Program-made: the position numbers and the translations under genes
Notes under the pieces: generated by a model
Database searches by the model: none
The model's input: only the letters and a program-made list of their open reading frames with translations
Told to the model about the DNA's origin: nothing
In this document: positions 42,801-56,530 of the stretch, piece by piece
Position numbering within the stretch: position 1 is the stretch's first letter
Layout: every line of letters starts with the position of its first letter
Assembly (NCBI GenBank): GCA_964016885.1
Contig: OZ024741.1
Coordinates: 32,550,001-32,614,000, forward strand
Direction of reading: 5' to 3'
DNA from: Eledone cirrhosa
Taxonomy: Eukaryota
Length of the DNA stretch: 64,000 bases

Positions 42801-45800
42801 TGTATCATATTTGTATTTATTCCAGATGTCATAAGCCTACATATCTCAGTTGTTATACAACATGGCTGTATAATATTTGTATTTATTGCACATGTAATAA
42901 GCCTACATATCTCAGTTGTTATACAACATGGCTGTATAATATTTGTATTTATTCCAGATGTAATAAGCCTACATATCTCAGTTGTTATACAACATGGCTG
43001 TATAATATTTGTATTTATTCCAGATGTAATAAGCCTACATATTATCAGTTTTTATACAACATGGCTGTATAATATTTGTAATTCTTCCAGATGTAATAAG
43101 CCTACATATCTCAGTTGTTATTCAACATGGCTGTATAATATTTGTATTTATTCCAGATGTAATAAGCCTACATATCTCAGTTGTTATACAACATGGCTGT
43201 ATAATATTTGTATTTATTCCAGATGTAATAAGCCTACATATCTCAGATGTTATACAACATGGCTGTATAATATTTGTATTTATTCCAGATGTAATAAGCC
43301 TACATTTCGCAGTTGTTATACAGCATGGCTGTATAATATTTGTATTTATTCCAGATGTAATAAGCCTACATATCTCAGATGTTATACAACATGGCTGTAT
43401 AATATTTGTATTTATTCCAGATGTATTAAGACTACATTTCGCAGTTGTTATACAGCATGGCTGTATAATATTTGTATTTATTCCAGATGTAATAAGCCTA
43501 CATATCTCAGATGTTATACAACATGGCTGTATAATATTTGTATTTATTCCAGATGTAATAAGCCTACATATCTCAGATGTTATACGACATGGCTGTATAA
43601 TATTTGTACTTATTCCAGATGTAATAAGCCTACATATCTCAGATGTTATACAACATGTCTGTATAATATTTGTATTTATTCCAGATGTAATAAGCCTACA
43701 TATCTCAGATGTTATACAACATGGCTGTATAATATTTGTATTTATTCCAGATGTAATAAGCCTACATATCTCAGATGTTATACAACATGGCTGTATAATA
43801 TTTGTATTTATTCCAGATGTAATAAGCCTACATTTCGCAGTTGTTATACAGCATGGGTGTATAATATTTGTATTTATTCCAGATGTAATAAGCCTACATA
43901 TCTCAGTTGTTATACAACATGGATTTATAGTATTTGTATTTATTCCAGATGTAATAAGCCTACATATCTCAGATGTTATACAACATGGCTGTATACTATT
44001 TGTATTTATTCCAGATGTAATAAGCCTACATTTCGCAGTTGTTATACAGCATGGCTGTATAATATTTGTATTTATTCCAGATGTAATAAGCCTACATATC
44101 TCAGTTGTTATACAACATGGCTGTATAATATTTGTATTTATTCCAGACGTAATAAGCCTACATATCTCAGTTGTTAAACAACATGGCTGTATAATATTTG
44201 TATTTATTCCAGATGTAATAAGCCTACATATCTCAGATGTTATACAACATGGCTGTATAATATTTGTATTTATTCCAGATGTAATAAGCCTACATATCTC
44301 AGATGTTATACAACATGGCTGTATCATATTTGTATTTATTCCAGATGTAATAAGCCTACATATCTCAGATGTTATACAACATGGCTGTATAATATTTGTA
44401 TTTATTCCAGATGTAATAAGCCTACATTTCGCAGTTGTTATACAGCATGGGTGTATAATATTTGTATTAATTCCAGATGTAATAAGCCTACATATCTGAG
44501 ATGTTATACAACATGGCTGTATAATGTTTGTATTTATTCCAGATGTAATAAGCCTACATATCTCAGTTTTTATACAACATGGCTGTATAATATTTGTATT
44601 TATTGCAGATGTAATAAGCCTACATATCTCAGTTGTTATACAACATGGCTGTATAATATTTGTATTTATTGCACATGTAATAAGCCTACATATCTCAGTT
44701 GTTATACAACATGGCTGTATAATATTTGTATTTATTCCAGATGTAGTAAGCCTACATATCTCAGATGTTATACAACATGGCTGTATAATATTTGTATTTA
44801 TTCCAGATGTAATAAGACTACATATCTCAGATGTTATACAACATGGCTGTATAATATTTGTATTTATTCCAGATGTAATAAGCCTACATATCTCAGTTGT
44901 TATACAACATGTCTGTATAATATTTGTATTTATTCCAGATGTTATAAGCCTACATATCTCAGTTGTTATACAACATGGCTGTATAATATTTGTATTTATT
45001 CCAGATGTAATAAGCCTACATATCTCAGATGTTATACAACATGTCTGTATAATATTTGTATTTATTCCAGATGTAATAAGCCTACATATCTCAGTTGTTA
45101 TACAACATGGCTGTATAATATTTGTATTTATTCCGGATGTAATATGCTTACATATCACAGTTGTTATACAACATGGCTGTATAATATTTGTATTTATTCC
45201 AGATTTAATAAGCCAACATATCTCAGTTGTTATACAACATGTCTGTATAATATTTGTATTTATTCCAGATGTAATAAGCCTACATATCTCAGTTGTTATA
45301 CAACATGGCTGTATAATATTTGTATTTATTCCAGATGTAATATGCCTACATATCTCAGTTGTTATACAACATGGCTGTATAATATTTGTATTTATTCCAG
45401 ATGTAATAAGCCTACATATCTCAGTTGTTATACAACATGGCTGTATAATATTTGTATTTATTCCAGATGTAATAAGCCTACATTTAGCAGCTGTTATACA
45501 GCATGGCTGTATAATATTTGTATTTATTCCAGATGTAATAAGCCTACATATCTCAGATGTTATACAACATGGCTGTATAATATTTGTATTTATTCCAGAT
45601 GTAATAAGCCTACATTTCGCAGTTGTTATACAGCATGGCCTTATAATATTTGTATTTATTCAAGATGTAATAAGCCTACATATCTCAATTGTCATACAAC
45701 ATGGCTGTATAATATTTGTATTTATTCCAGATGTAATAAGCCTACATATCTCAGATGTTATACAACATGGCTGTATACTATTTGTATTTATTCCAGATGT

Positions 45801-48800
45801 AATAAGCCTACATATCTCAGATGTTATACGACATGGCTGTATAATATTTGTATTTATTCCAGATGTAATAAGCCTACATATCTCAGATGTTATACAACAT
45901 GGCTGTATCATATTTGTATTTATTCCAGATGTAATAAGCCTACATATCTCAGTTGTTATACAACATGGCTGTATAATATTTGTGTTTATTGCAGATGTAA
46001 TAAGCCTACATATCTCAGTTGTTATACAACATGGCTGTATAATATTTGTATTTATTCCAGATGTAATAAGCCTACATATCTCAGTTGTTATACAACATGG
46101 CTGTATAATATTTGTATTTATTCCAGATGTAATAAGCCTACATATCTCAGATGTTATAAAACATGGCTGTATACTATTTGTATTTATTCCAGATGTAATA
46201 AGCCTACATATCTCAGATGTTATACAACATGGCTGTATAATATTTGTATTTATTCCAGATGTAATAAGCCTACATATCTCAGATTTTATACAACATGTCT
46301 GTATCATATTTGTATTTATTCCAGATGTCATAAGCCTACATATCTCAGTTGTTATACAACATGGCTGTATAATATTTGTATTTATTGCACATGTAATAAG
46401 CCTACATATCTCAGTTGTTATACAACATGGCTGTATAATATTTGTATTTATTCCAGATGTAATAAGCCTACATATCTCAGTTGTTATACAACATGGCTGT
46501 ATAATATTTGTATTTATTCCAGATGTAATAAGCCTACATATTATCAGTTTTTATACAACATGGCTGTATAATATTTGTAATTCTTCCAGATGTAATAAGC
46601 CTACATATCTCAGTTGTTATTCAACATGGCTGTATAATATTTGTATTTATTCCAGATGTAATAAGCCTACATATCTCAGTTGTTATACAACATGGCTGTA
46701 TAATATTTGTATTTATTCCAAATGTAATAAGCCTACATATCTCAGATGTTATACAACATGGCTGTATAATATTTGTATTTATTCCAGATGTAATAAGCCT
46801 ACATTTCGCAGTTGTTATACAGCATGGCTGTATAATATTTGTATTTATTCCAGATGTAATAAGCCTACATATCTCAGATGTTATACAACATGGCTGTATA
46901 ATATTTGTATTTATTCCAGATGTATTAAGACTACATTTCGCAGTTGTTATACAGCATGGCTGTATAATATTTGTATTTATTCCAGATGTAATAAGCCTAC
47001 ATATCTCAGATGTTATACAACATGGCTGTATCATATTTGTGTTTATTGCAGATGTAATAAGCCTACATATCTCAGTTGTTATACAACATGGCTGTATAAT
47101 ATTTGTATTTATTCCAGATGTAATAAGCCTACATATCTCAGTTGTTATACAACATGGCTGTATAATATTTGTATTTATTCCAGATGTAATAAGCCTACAT
47201 ATCTCAGATGTTATAAAACATGGCTGTATACTATTTGTATTTATTCCAGATGTAATAAGCCTACATATCTCAGATGTTATACAACATGGCTGTATAATAT
47301 TTGTATTTATTCCAGATGTAATAAGCCTACATATCTCAGATTTTATACAACATGTCTGTATCATATTTGTATTTATTCCAGATGTCATAAGCCTACATAT
47401 CTCAGTTGTTATACAACATGGCTGTATAATATTTGTATTTATTGCACATGTAATAAGCCTACATATCTCAGTTGTTATACAACATGGCTGTATAATATTT
47501 GTATTTATTCCAGATGTAATAAGCCTACATATCTCAGTTGTTATACAACATGGCTGTATAATATTTGTATTTATTCCAGATGTAATAAGCCTACATATTA
47601 TCAGTTTTTATACAACATGGCTGTATAATATTTGTAATTCTTCCAGATGTAATAAGCCTACATATCTCAGTTGTTATTCAACATGGCTGTATAATATTTG
47701 TATTTATTCCAGATGTAATAAGCCTACATATCTCAGTTGTTATACAACATGGCTGTATAATATTTGTATTTATTCCAGATGTAATAAGCCTACATATCTC
47801 AGATGTTATACAACATGGCTGTATAATATTTGTATTTATTCCAGATGTAATAAGCCTACATTTCGCAGTTGTTATACAGCATGGCTGTATAATATTTGTA
47901 TTTATTCCAGATGTAATAAGCCTACATATCTCAGATGTTATACAACATGGCTGTATAATATTTGTATTTATTCCAGATGTATTAAGACTACATTTCGCAG
48001 TTGTTATACAGCATGGCTGTATAATATTTGTATTTATTCCAGATGTAATAAGCCTACATATCTCAGATGTTATACAACATGGCTGTATAATATTTGTATT
48101 TATTCCAGATGTAATAAGCCTACATATCTCAGATGTTATACGACATGGCTGTATAATATTTGTACTTATTCCAGATGTAATAAGCCTACATATCTCAGAT
48201 GTTATACAACATGTCTGTATAATATTTGTATTTATTCCAGATGTAATAAGCCTACATATCTCAGATGTTATACAACATGGCTGTATAATATTTGTATTTA
48301 TTCCAGATGTAATAAGCCTACATATCTCAGATGTTATACAACATGGCTGTATAATATTTGTATTTATTCCAGATGTAATAAGCCTACATTTCGCAGTTGT
48401 TATACAGCATGGGTGTATAATATTTGTATTTATTCCAGATGTAATAAGCCTACATATCTCAGTTGTTATACAACATGGATTTATAGTATTTGTATTTATT
48501 CCAGATGTAATAAGCCTACATATCTCAGATGTTATACAACATGGCTGTATACTATTTGTATTTATTCCAGATGTAATAAGCCTACATTTCGCAGTTGTTA
48601 TACAGCATGGCTGTATAATATTTGTATTTATTCCAGATGTAATAAGCCTACATATCTCAGTTGTTATACAACATGGCTGTATAATATTTGTATTTATTCC
48701 AGACGTAATAAGCCTACATATCTCAGTTGTTAAACAACATGGCTGTATAATATTTGTATTTATTCCAGATGTAATAAGCCTACATATCTCAGATGTTATA

Positions 48801-49024
48801 CAACATGGCTGTATAATATTTGTATTTATTCCAGATGTAATAAGCCTACATATCTCAGATGTTATACAACATGGCTGTATCATATTTGTATTTATTCCAG
48901 ATGTAATAAGCCTACATATCTCAGATGTTATACAACATGGCTGTATAATATTTGTATTTATTCCAGATGTAATAAGCCTACATTTCGCAGTTGTTATACA
49001 GCATGGGTGTATAATATTTGTATT
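39896..49024. repeat. Tandem duplication with offset 4556 bp (69 monomers +2)
   Basis: ORF landmarks 39968/44524, 41104/45660, 42483/47039. Private variants GTAGTAAG, TTCCGG and GGCCTTAT are paired at +4556. At least three single-base differences (near 40359, 40603, 46721). Confidence 0.92.
41420..43532. repeat. Tandem duplication with offset 1057 bp (16 monomers +1), nested in the 4556-bp unit and repeated at about 45976-48088
   Basis: +1 insertion monomers at 41985/43042 and 46541/47598. ORF ends 41775/42832 and 46331/47388. Confidence 0.9.
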
Positions 49025-52000
49025 TATTCCAGATGTAATAAGCCTACATATCTCAGTTGTTATACAACATGGCTTTATAGTATTTGTATTTATTCCAGAT
49101 GTAATAAGCCTACATATCTCAGATGTTATACAACATGGCTTTATAATATTTGTATTTATTCCAGATGTAATAAGCCTACATTTCGCAGTTGTTATACAGC
49201 ATGGCTGTATAATATTTGTATTTATTCCAGATGTAATAAGCCTACATATCTCAGTTGTTATACAATATGGCTGTATAATATTTGTATTTATTCCAGACGT
49301 AATAAGCCTACATATCTCAGTTGTTAAACAACATGGCTGTATAATATTTGTATTTATTCCAGATGTAATAAGCCTACATATCTCAGATGTTATACAACAT
49401 GGCTGTATCATATTTGTATTTATTCCAGATGTAATAAGCCTACATATCTCAGATGTTATACAACATGGCTGTATAATATTTGTATTTATTCCAGATGTAA
49501 TAAGCCTACGTATCTCAGTTTTTATACAACATGGCTGTATAATATTTGTAATTATTCCAGATGTAATAAGCCTACATATCTCAGTTGTTATACAACATGG
49601 CTGTATAATATTTGTATTTATTCCAGATGTAATAAGCCTACATATCTCAGATGTTATACAACATGGCTGTATAATATTTGTATTTATTCCAGATGTAATA
49701 AGCCTACATTTCGCAGTTGTTATACAGCATGGCTGTATAATATTTGTATTTATTCCAGATGTAATAAGCCTACATATCTCAGATGTTATACAACATGGCT
49801 GTATAATATTTGTATTTATTCCAGATGTATTAAGACTACATTTTGCAGTTGTTATACAGCATGGCTGTATAATATTTGTATTTATTCCAGATGTAATAAG
49901 CCTACATATCTCAGATGTTATACAACATGGCTGTATAATATTTGTATTTATTCCAGATGTAATAAGCCTACACATCTCAGATGTTATACGACATGGCTGT
50001 ATAATATTTGTATTTATTCCAGATGTAATAAGCCTACATATCTCAGATGTTATACAACATGGCTGTATAATATTTGTATTTATTCCAGATGTAATAAGCC
50101 TACATATCTCAGATGTTATACAACATGGCTGTATAATATTTGTATTTATTCCAGATGTAATAAGCCTACATATCTCAGTTGTTATACAACATGGCTTTAT
50201 ACTATTTGTATTTATTCGAGATGTAATAAGCCTACATATCTCAGTTGTTATACAACATGGCTGTATAATATTTGTATTTATTCCAGACGTAATAAGCCTA
50301 CATATCTCAGTTGTTATACAACATGGCTGTATAATATTTGTATTTATTCCAGATGTAATAAGCATACATATCTCAGATGTTATACAACATGGCTGTATAA
50401 TATTTGTATTTATTCCAGATGTAATAACCCTACATTTCCCAGTTGTTATACAGCATGGCTGTATAATATTTGTATTTATTCCAGATGTAATAAGCCTACA
50501 TATCTCAGGTGTTATACAACATGGCTGTATAATATTTGTATTTATTGCAGATGTAATAAGCCTACATATCTCAGATGTTATACAACATGGCTGTACACTA
50601 TTTGTATTTATTCCAGATGTAATAAGCCTACATATCTCAGATGTTATACAACATGGCTGTATAATATTTGTATTTATTGCACATGTAATAAGCCTACATA
50701 TCTCAGTTGTTATACAACATGGCTGTATAATATTTGTATTTATTCCAGATGTAATAAGCCTACATATCTCAGTTGTTATACAACATGGCTGTATAATATA
50801 TGTATTTATTCCAGATGTAATAAGCCTACATATTATCAGTTTTTATACAACATGGCTGTATAATATTTGTAATTCTTCCAGATGTAATAAGCCTACATAT
50901 CTCAGTTGTTATTCAACATGGCTGTATAATATTTGTATTTATTCCAGATGTAATAAGCCTACATATCTCAGTTGTTATACAACATGGCTGTATAATATTT
51001 GTATTTATTCCAGATGTAATAAGCCTACATATCTCAGATGTTATACAACATGGCTGTATAATATTTGTATTTATTCCAGATGTAATAAGCCTACATTTCG
51101 CAGTTGTTATACAGCATGGCTGTATAATATTTGTATTTATTCCAGATGTAATAAGCCTACATATCTCAGATGTTATACAACATGGCTGTATAATATTTGT
51201 ATTTATTCCAGATGTATTAAGACTACATTTCGCAGTTGTTATACAGCATGGCTGTATAATATTTGTATTTATTCCAGATGTAATAAGCCTACATATCTCA
51301 GATGTTATACAACATGGCTGTATAATATTTGTATTTATTCCAGATGTAATAAGCCTACATATCTCAGATGTTATACGACATGGCTGTATAATATTTGTAC
51401 TTATTCCAGATGTAATAAGCCTACATATCTCAGATGTTATACAACATGTCTGTATAATATTTGTATTTATTCCAGATGTAATAAGCCTACATATCTCAGA
51501 TGTTATACAACATGGCTGTATAATATTTGTATTTATTCCAGATGTAATAAGCCTACATATCTCAGATGTTATACAACATGGCTGTATAATATTTGTATTT
51601 ATTCCAGATGTAATAAGCCTACATTTCGCAGTTGTTATACAGCATGGGTGTATAATATTTGTATTTATTCCAGATGTAATAAGCCTACATATCTCAGTTG
51701 TTATACAACATGGATTTATAGTATTTGTATTTATTCCAGATGTAATAAGCCTACATATCTCAGATGTTATACAACATGGCTGTATAATATTTGTATTTAT
51801 TCCAGATGTAATAAGCCTACATTTCGCAGTTGTTATACAGCATGGCTGTATAATATTTGTATTTATTCCAGATGTAATAAGCCTACATATCTCAGTTGTT
51901 ATACAACATGGCTGTATAATATTTGTATTTATTCCAGACGTAATAAGCCTACATATCTCAGTTGTTAAACAACATGGCTGTATAATATTTGTATTTATTC

Positions 52001-53887
52001 CAGATGTAATAAGCCTACATATCTCAGATGTTATACAACATGGCTGTATAATATTTGTATTTATTCCAGATGTAATAAGCCTACATATCTCAGATGTTAT
52101 ACAACATGGCTGTATCATATTTGTATTTATTCCAGATGTAATAAGCCTACATATCTCAGATGTTATACAACATGGCTGTATAATATTTGTATTTATTCCA
52201 GATGTAATAAGCCTACATTTCGCAGTTGTTATACAGCATGGGTGTATAATATTTGTATTTATTCCAGATGTAATAAGCCTACATATCTCAGTTGTTATAC
52301 AACATGGCTTTATAGTATTTGTATTTATTCCAGATGTAATAAGCCTACATATCTCAGATGTTATACAACATGGCTTTATAATATTTGTATTTATTCCAGA
52401 TGTAATAAGCCTACATTTCGCAGTTGTTATACAGCATGGCTGTATAATATTTGTATTTATTCCAGATGTAATAAGCCTACATATCTCAGTTGTTATACAA
52501 TATGGCTGTATAATATTTGTATTTATTCCAGACGTAATAAGCCTACATATCTCAGTTGTTAAACAACATGGCTGTATAATATTTGTATTTATTCCAGATG
52601 TAATAAGCCTACATATCTCAGATGTTATACAACATGGCTGTATCATATTTGTATTTATTCCAGATGTAATAAGCCTACATATCTCAGATGTTATACAACA
52701 TGGCTGTATAATATTTGTATTTATTCCAGATGTAATAAGCCTACGTATCTCAGTTTTTATACAACATGGCTGTATAATATTTGTAATTATTCCAGATGTA
52801 ATAAGCCTACATATCTCAGTTGTTATACAACATGGCTGTATAATATTTGTATTTATTCCAGATGTAATAAGCCTACATATCTCAGATGTTATACAACATG
52901 GCTGTATAATATTTGTATTTATTCCAGATGTAATAAGCCTACATTTCGCAGTTGTTATACAGCATGGCTGTATAATATTTGTATTTATTCCAGATGTAAT
53001 AAGCCTACATATCTCAGATGTTATACAACATGGCTGTATAATATTTGTATTTATTCCAGATGTATTAAGACTACATTTTGCAGTTGTTATACAGCATGGC
53101 TGTATAATATTTGTATTTATTCCAGATGTAATAAGCCTACATATCTCAGATGTTATACAACATGGCTGTATAATATTTGTATTTATTCCAGATGTAATAA
53201 GCCTACACATCTCAGATGTTATACGACATGGCTGTATAATATTTGTATTTATTCCAGATGTAATAAGCCTACATATCTCAGATGTTATACAACATGGCTG
53301 TATAATATTTGTATTTATTCCAGATGTAATAAGCCTACATATCTCAGATGTTATACAACATGGCTGTATAATATTTGTATTTATTCCAGATGTAATAAGC
53401 CTACATATCTCAGTTGTTATACAACATGGCTTTATACTATTTGTATTTATTCGAGATGTAATAAGCCTACATATCTCAGTTGTTATACAACATGGCTGTA
53501 TAATATTTGTATTTATTCCAGACGTAATAAGCCTACATATCTCAGTTGTTATACAACATGGCTGTATAATATTTGTATTTATTCCAGATGTAATAAGCAT
53601 ACATATCTCAGATGTTATACAACATGGCTGTATAATATTTGTATTTATTCCAGATGTAATAACCCTACATTTCCCAGTTGTTATACAGCATGGCTGTATA
53701 ATATTTGTATTTATTCCAGATGTAATAAGCCTACATATCTCAGGTGTTATACAACATGGCTGTATAATATTTGTATTTATTGCAGATGTAATAAGCCTAC
53801 ATATCTCAGATGTTATACAACATGGCTGTACACTATTTGTATTTATTCCAGATGTAATAAGCCTACATATCTCAGATGTTATACAAC
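47407..53887. repeat. Tandem duplication with offset 3235 bp (49 monomers +1)
   Basis: Near-identical 895-aa minus ORFs 47678..50365 and 50913..53600. Insertion monomers at 47598/50833. At least two single-base differences (near 48552 and 50800). Confidence 0.92.
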
Positions 53888-54206
53888 GTGGCTGTATAAT
53901 ATTTGTATTTATTCCAGATGTAATAAGCCTACATATCTGAGATGTTATACAACATGGCTGTATAATATTTGTATTTATTCCAGATGTAATAAGCCTACAG
54001 ATCTCAGTTTTTATACAACATGTCTGTATAATATTTGTATTTATTCCAGATGTAATAAGCCTACATATCTCAGATGTTATACAACATGGCTGTATACTAT
54101 TTGTATTTATTCCAGATGTAATAAGCCTACATATCTCAGATGTTATACAACATGGCTGTATAATATTTGTATTTATTCCAGATGTAATAAGACTACTTAT
54201 CTCAGA

Positions 54207-56530
54207 TGTTATACAACATGGCTGTATAATATTTGTATTTATTCCAGATGTAATAAGCCTACATATCTCAGTTGTTATACAACATGTCTGTATAATATTT
54301 GTATTTATTCCAGATGTAATAAGCCTACATATCTCAGTTGTTATACAGCATGGCTGTATAATATTTGTATTTATTCCAGATGTAATAAGCCTACATATCT
54401 CAGTTGTTATACAACATGTCTGTATAATATTTGTATTTATTCCAGATGTTATAAGCCTACATATCTCAGTTGTTATACAACATGGCTGTATAATATTTGT
54501 ATTTATTCCAGATGTAATATGCTTACATATCTCAGTTGTTATACAACATGGCTGTATAATATTTGTATTTATTCCAGATGTAATAAGCCTACATATCTCA
54601 GTTGTTATACAACATGTCTGTATAATATTTGTATTTATCCCAGATGTAATAAGCCTACATATCTCAGTTGTTATACAACATGGCTGTATAATATTTGTAT
54701 ATATTCCAGATGTAATATGCCTACATATCTCAGTTGTTATACAACATGGCTGTATAATATTTGTATTTATTCCAGATGTAATAAGCCTACATATCTCAGT
54801 TGTTATACAACATGGCTGTATAATATTTGTATTTATTCCAGATGTAATAAGCCTACATATCTCAGATGTTATACAACATGGCTGTATAATATTTGTATTT
54901 ATTCCAGATGTAATAAGCCTACATTTCGCAGTTGTTATACAGCATGGCTGTATAATATTTGTATTTATTCAAGATGTAATAAGCCTACATATCTCAATTG
55001 TCATACAACATGGCTGTATAATATTTGTATTTATTCCAGATGTAATAAGCCTACATATCTCAGATGTTATACAACATGGCTGTATACTATTTGTATTTAT
55101 TCCAGATGTAATAAGCCTACATATCACAGATGTTATACAACATGGCTGTATAATATTTGTATTTATTCCAGATGTAATAAGCCTACATATCTCAGATGTT
55201 ATACAACATGGCTGTATCATATTTGTATTTATTCCAGATGTAATAAGCTTACATATCTCAGTTGTTATACAACATGGCTGTATAATATTTGTGTTTATTG
55301 CAGATGTAATAGGCCTACATATCTCAGTTGTTATACAACATGGCTGTATAATATTTGTATTTATTCCAGATGTAATAAGCCTACATATCTCAGTTGTTAT
55401 ACAACATGTCTGTATAATATTTGTATTTATTCCAGATGTAATAAGCCTACATATCTCAGTTGTTATACAGCATGGCTGTATAATATTTGTATTTATTCCA
55501 GATGTAATAAGCCTACATATCTCAGTTGTTATACAACATGTCTGTATAATATTTGTATTTATTCCAGATGTTATAAGCCTACATATCTCAGTTGTTATAC
55601 AACATGGCTGTATAATATTTGTATTTATTCCAGATGTAATATGCTTACATATCTCAGTTGTTATACAACATGGCTGTATAATATTTGTATTTATTCCAGA
55701 TGTAATAAGCCTACATATCTCAGTTGTTATACAACATGTCTGTATAATATTTGTATTTATCCCAGATGTAATAAGCCTACATATCTCAGTTGTTATACAA
55801 CATGGCTGTATAATATTTGTATATATTCCAGATGTAATATGCCTACATATCTCAGTTGTTATACAACATGGCTGTATAATATTTGTATTTATTCCAGATG
55901 TAATAAGCCTACATATCTCAGTTGTTATACAACATGGCTGTATAATATTTGTATTTATTCCAGATGTAATAAGCCTACATATCTCAGATGTTATACAACA
56001 TGGCTGTATAATATTTGTATTTATTCCAGATGTAATAAGCCTACATTTCGCAGTTGTTATACAGCATGGCTGTATAATATTTGTATTTATTCAAGATGTA
56101 ATAAGCCTACATATCTCAATTGTCATACAACATGGCTGTATAATATTTGTATTTATTCCAGATGTAATAAGCCTACATATCTCAGATGTTATACAACATG
56201 GCTGTATACTATTTGTATTTATTCCAGATGTAATAAGCCTACATATCACAGATGTTATACAACATGGCTGTATAATATTTGTATTTATTCCAGATGTAAT
56301 AAGCCTACATATCTCAGATGTTATACAACATGGCTGTATCATATTTGTATTTATTCCAGATGTAATAAGCTTACATATCTCAGTTGTTATACAACATGGC
56401 TGTATAATATTTGTGTTTATTGCAGATGTAATAGGCCTACATATCTCAGTTGTTATACAACATGGCTGTATAATATTTGTATTTATTCCAGATGTAATAA
56501 GCCTACATATCTCAGTTGTTATACAACATG
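54207..56530. repeat. Tandem duplication of a 17-monomer block (offset 1122 bp)
   Basis: TCAAG landmark at 54969/56091, AGGCC at about 55311/56433. ATCCCAG and GTATATATT...TATGCC variants are paired at +1122. Confidence 0.9.
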
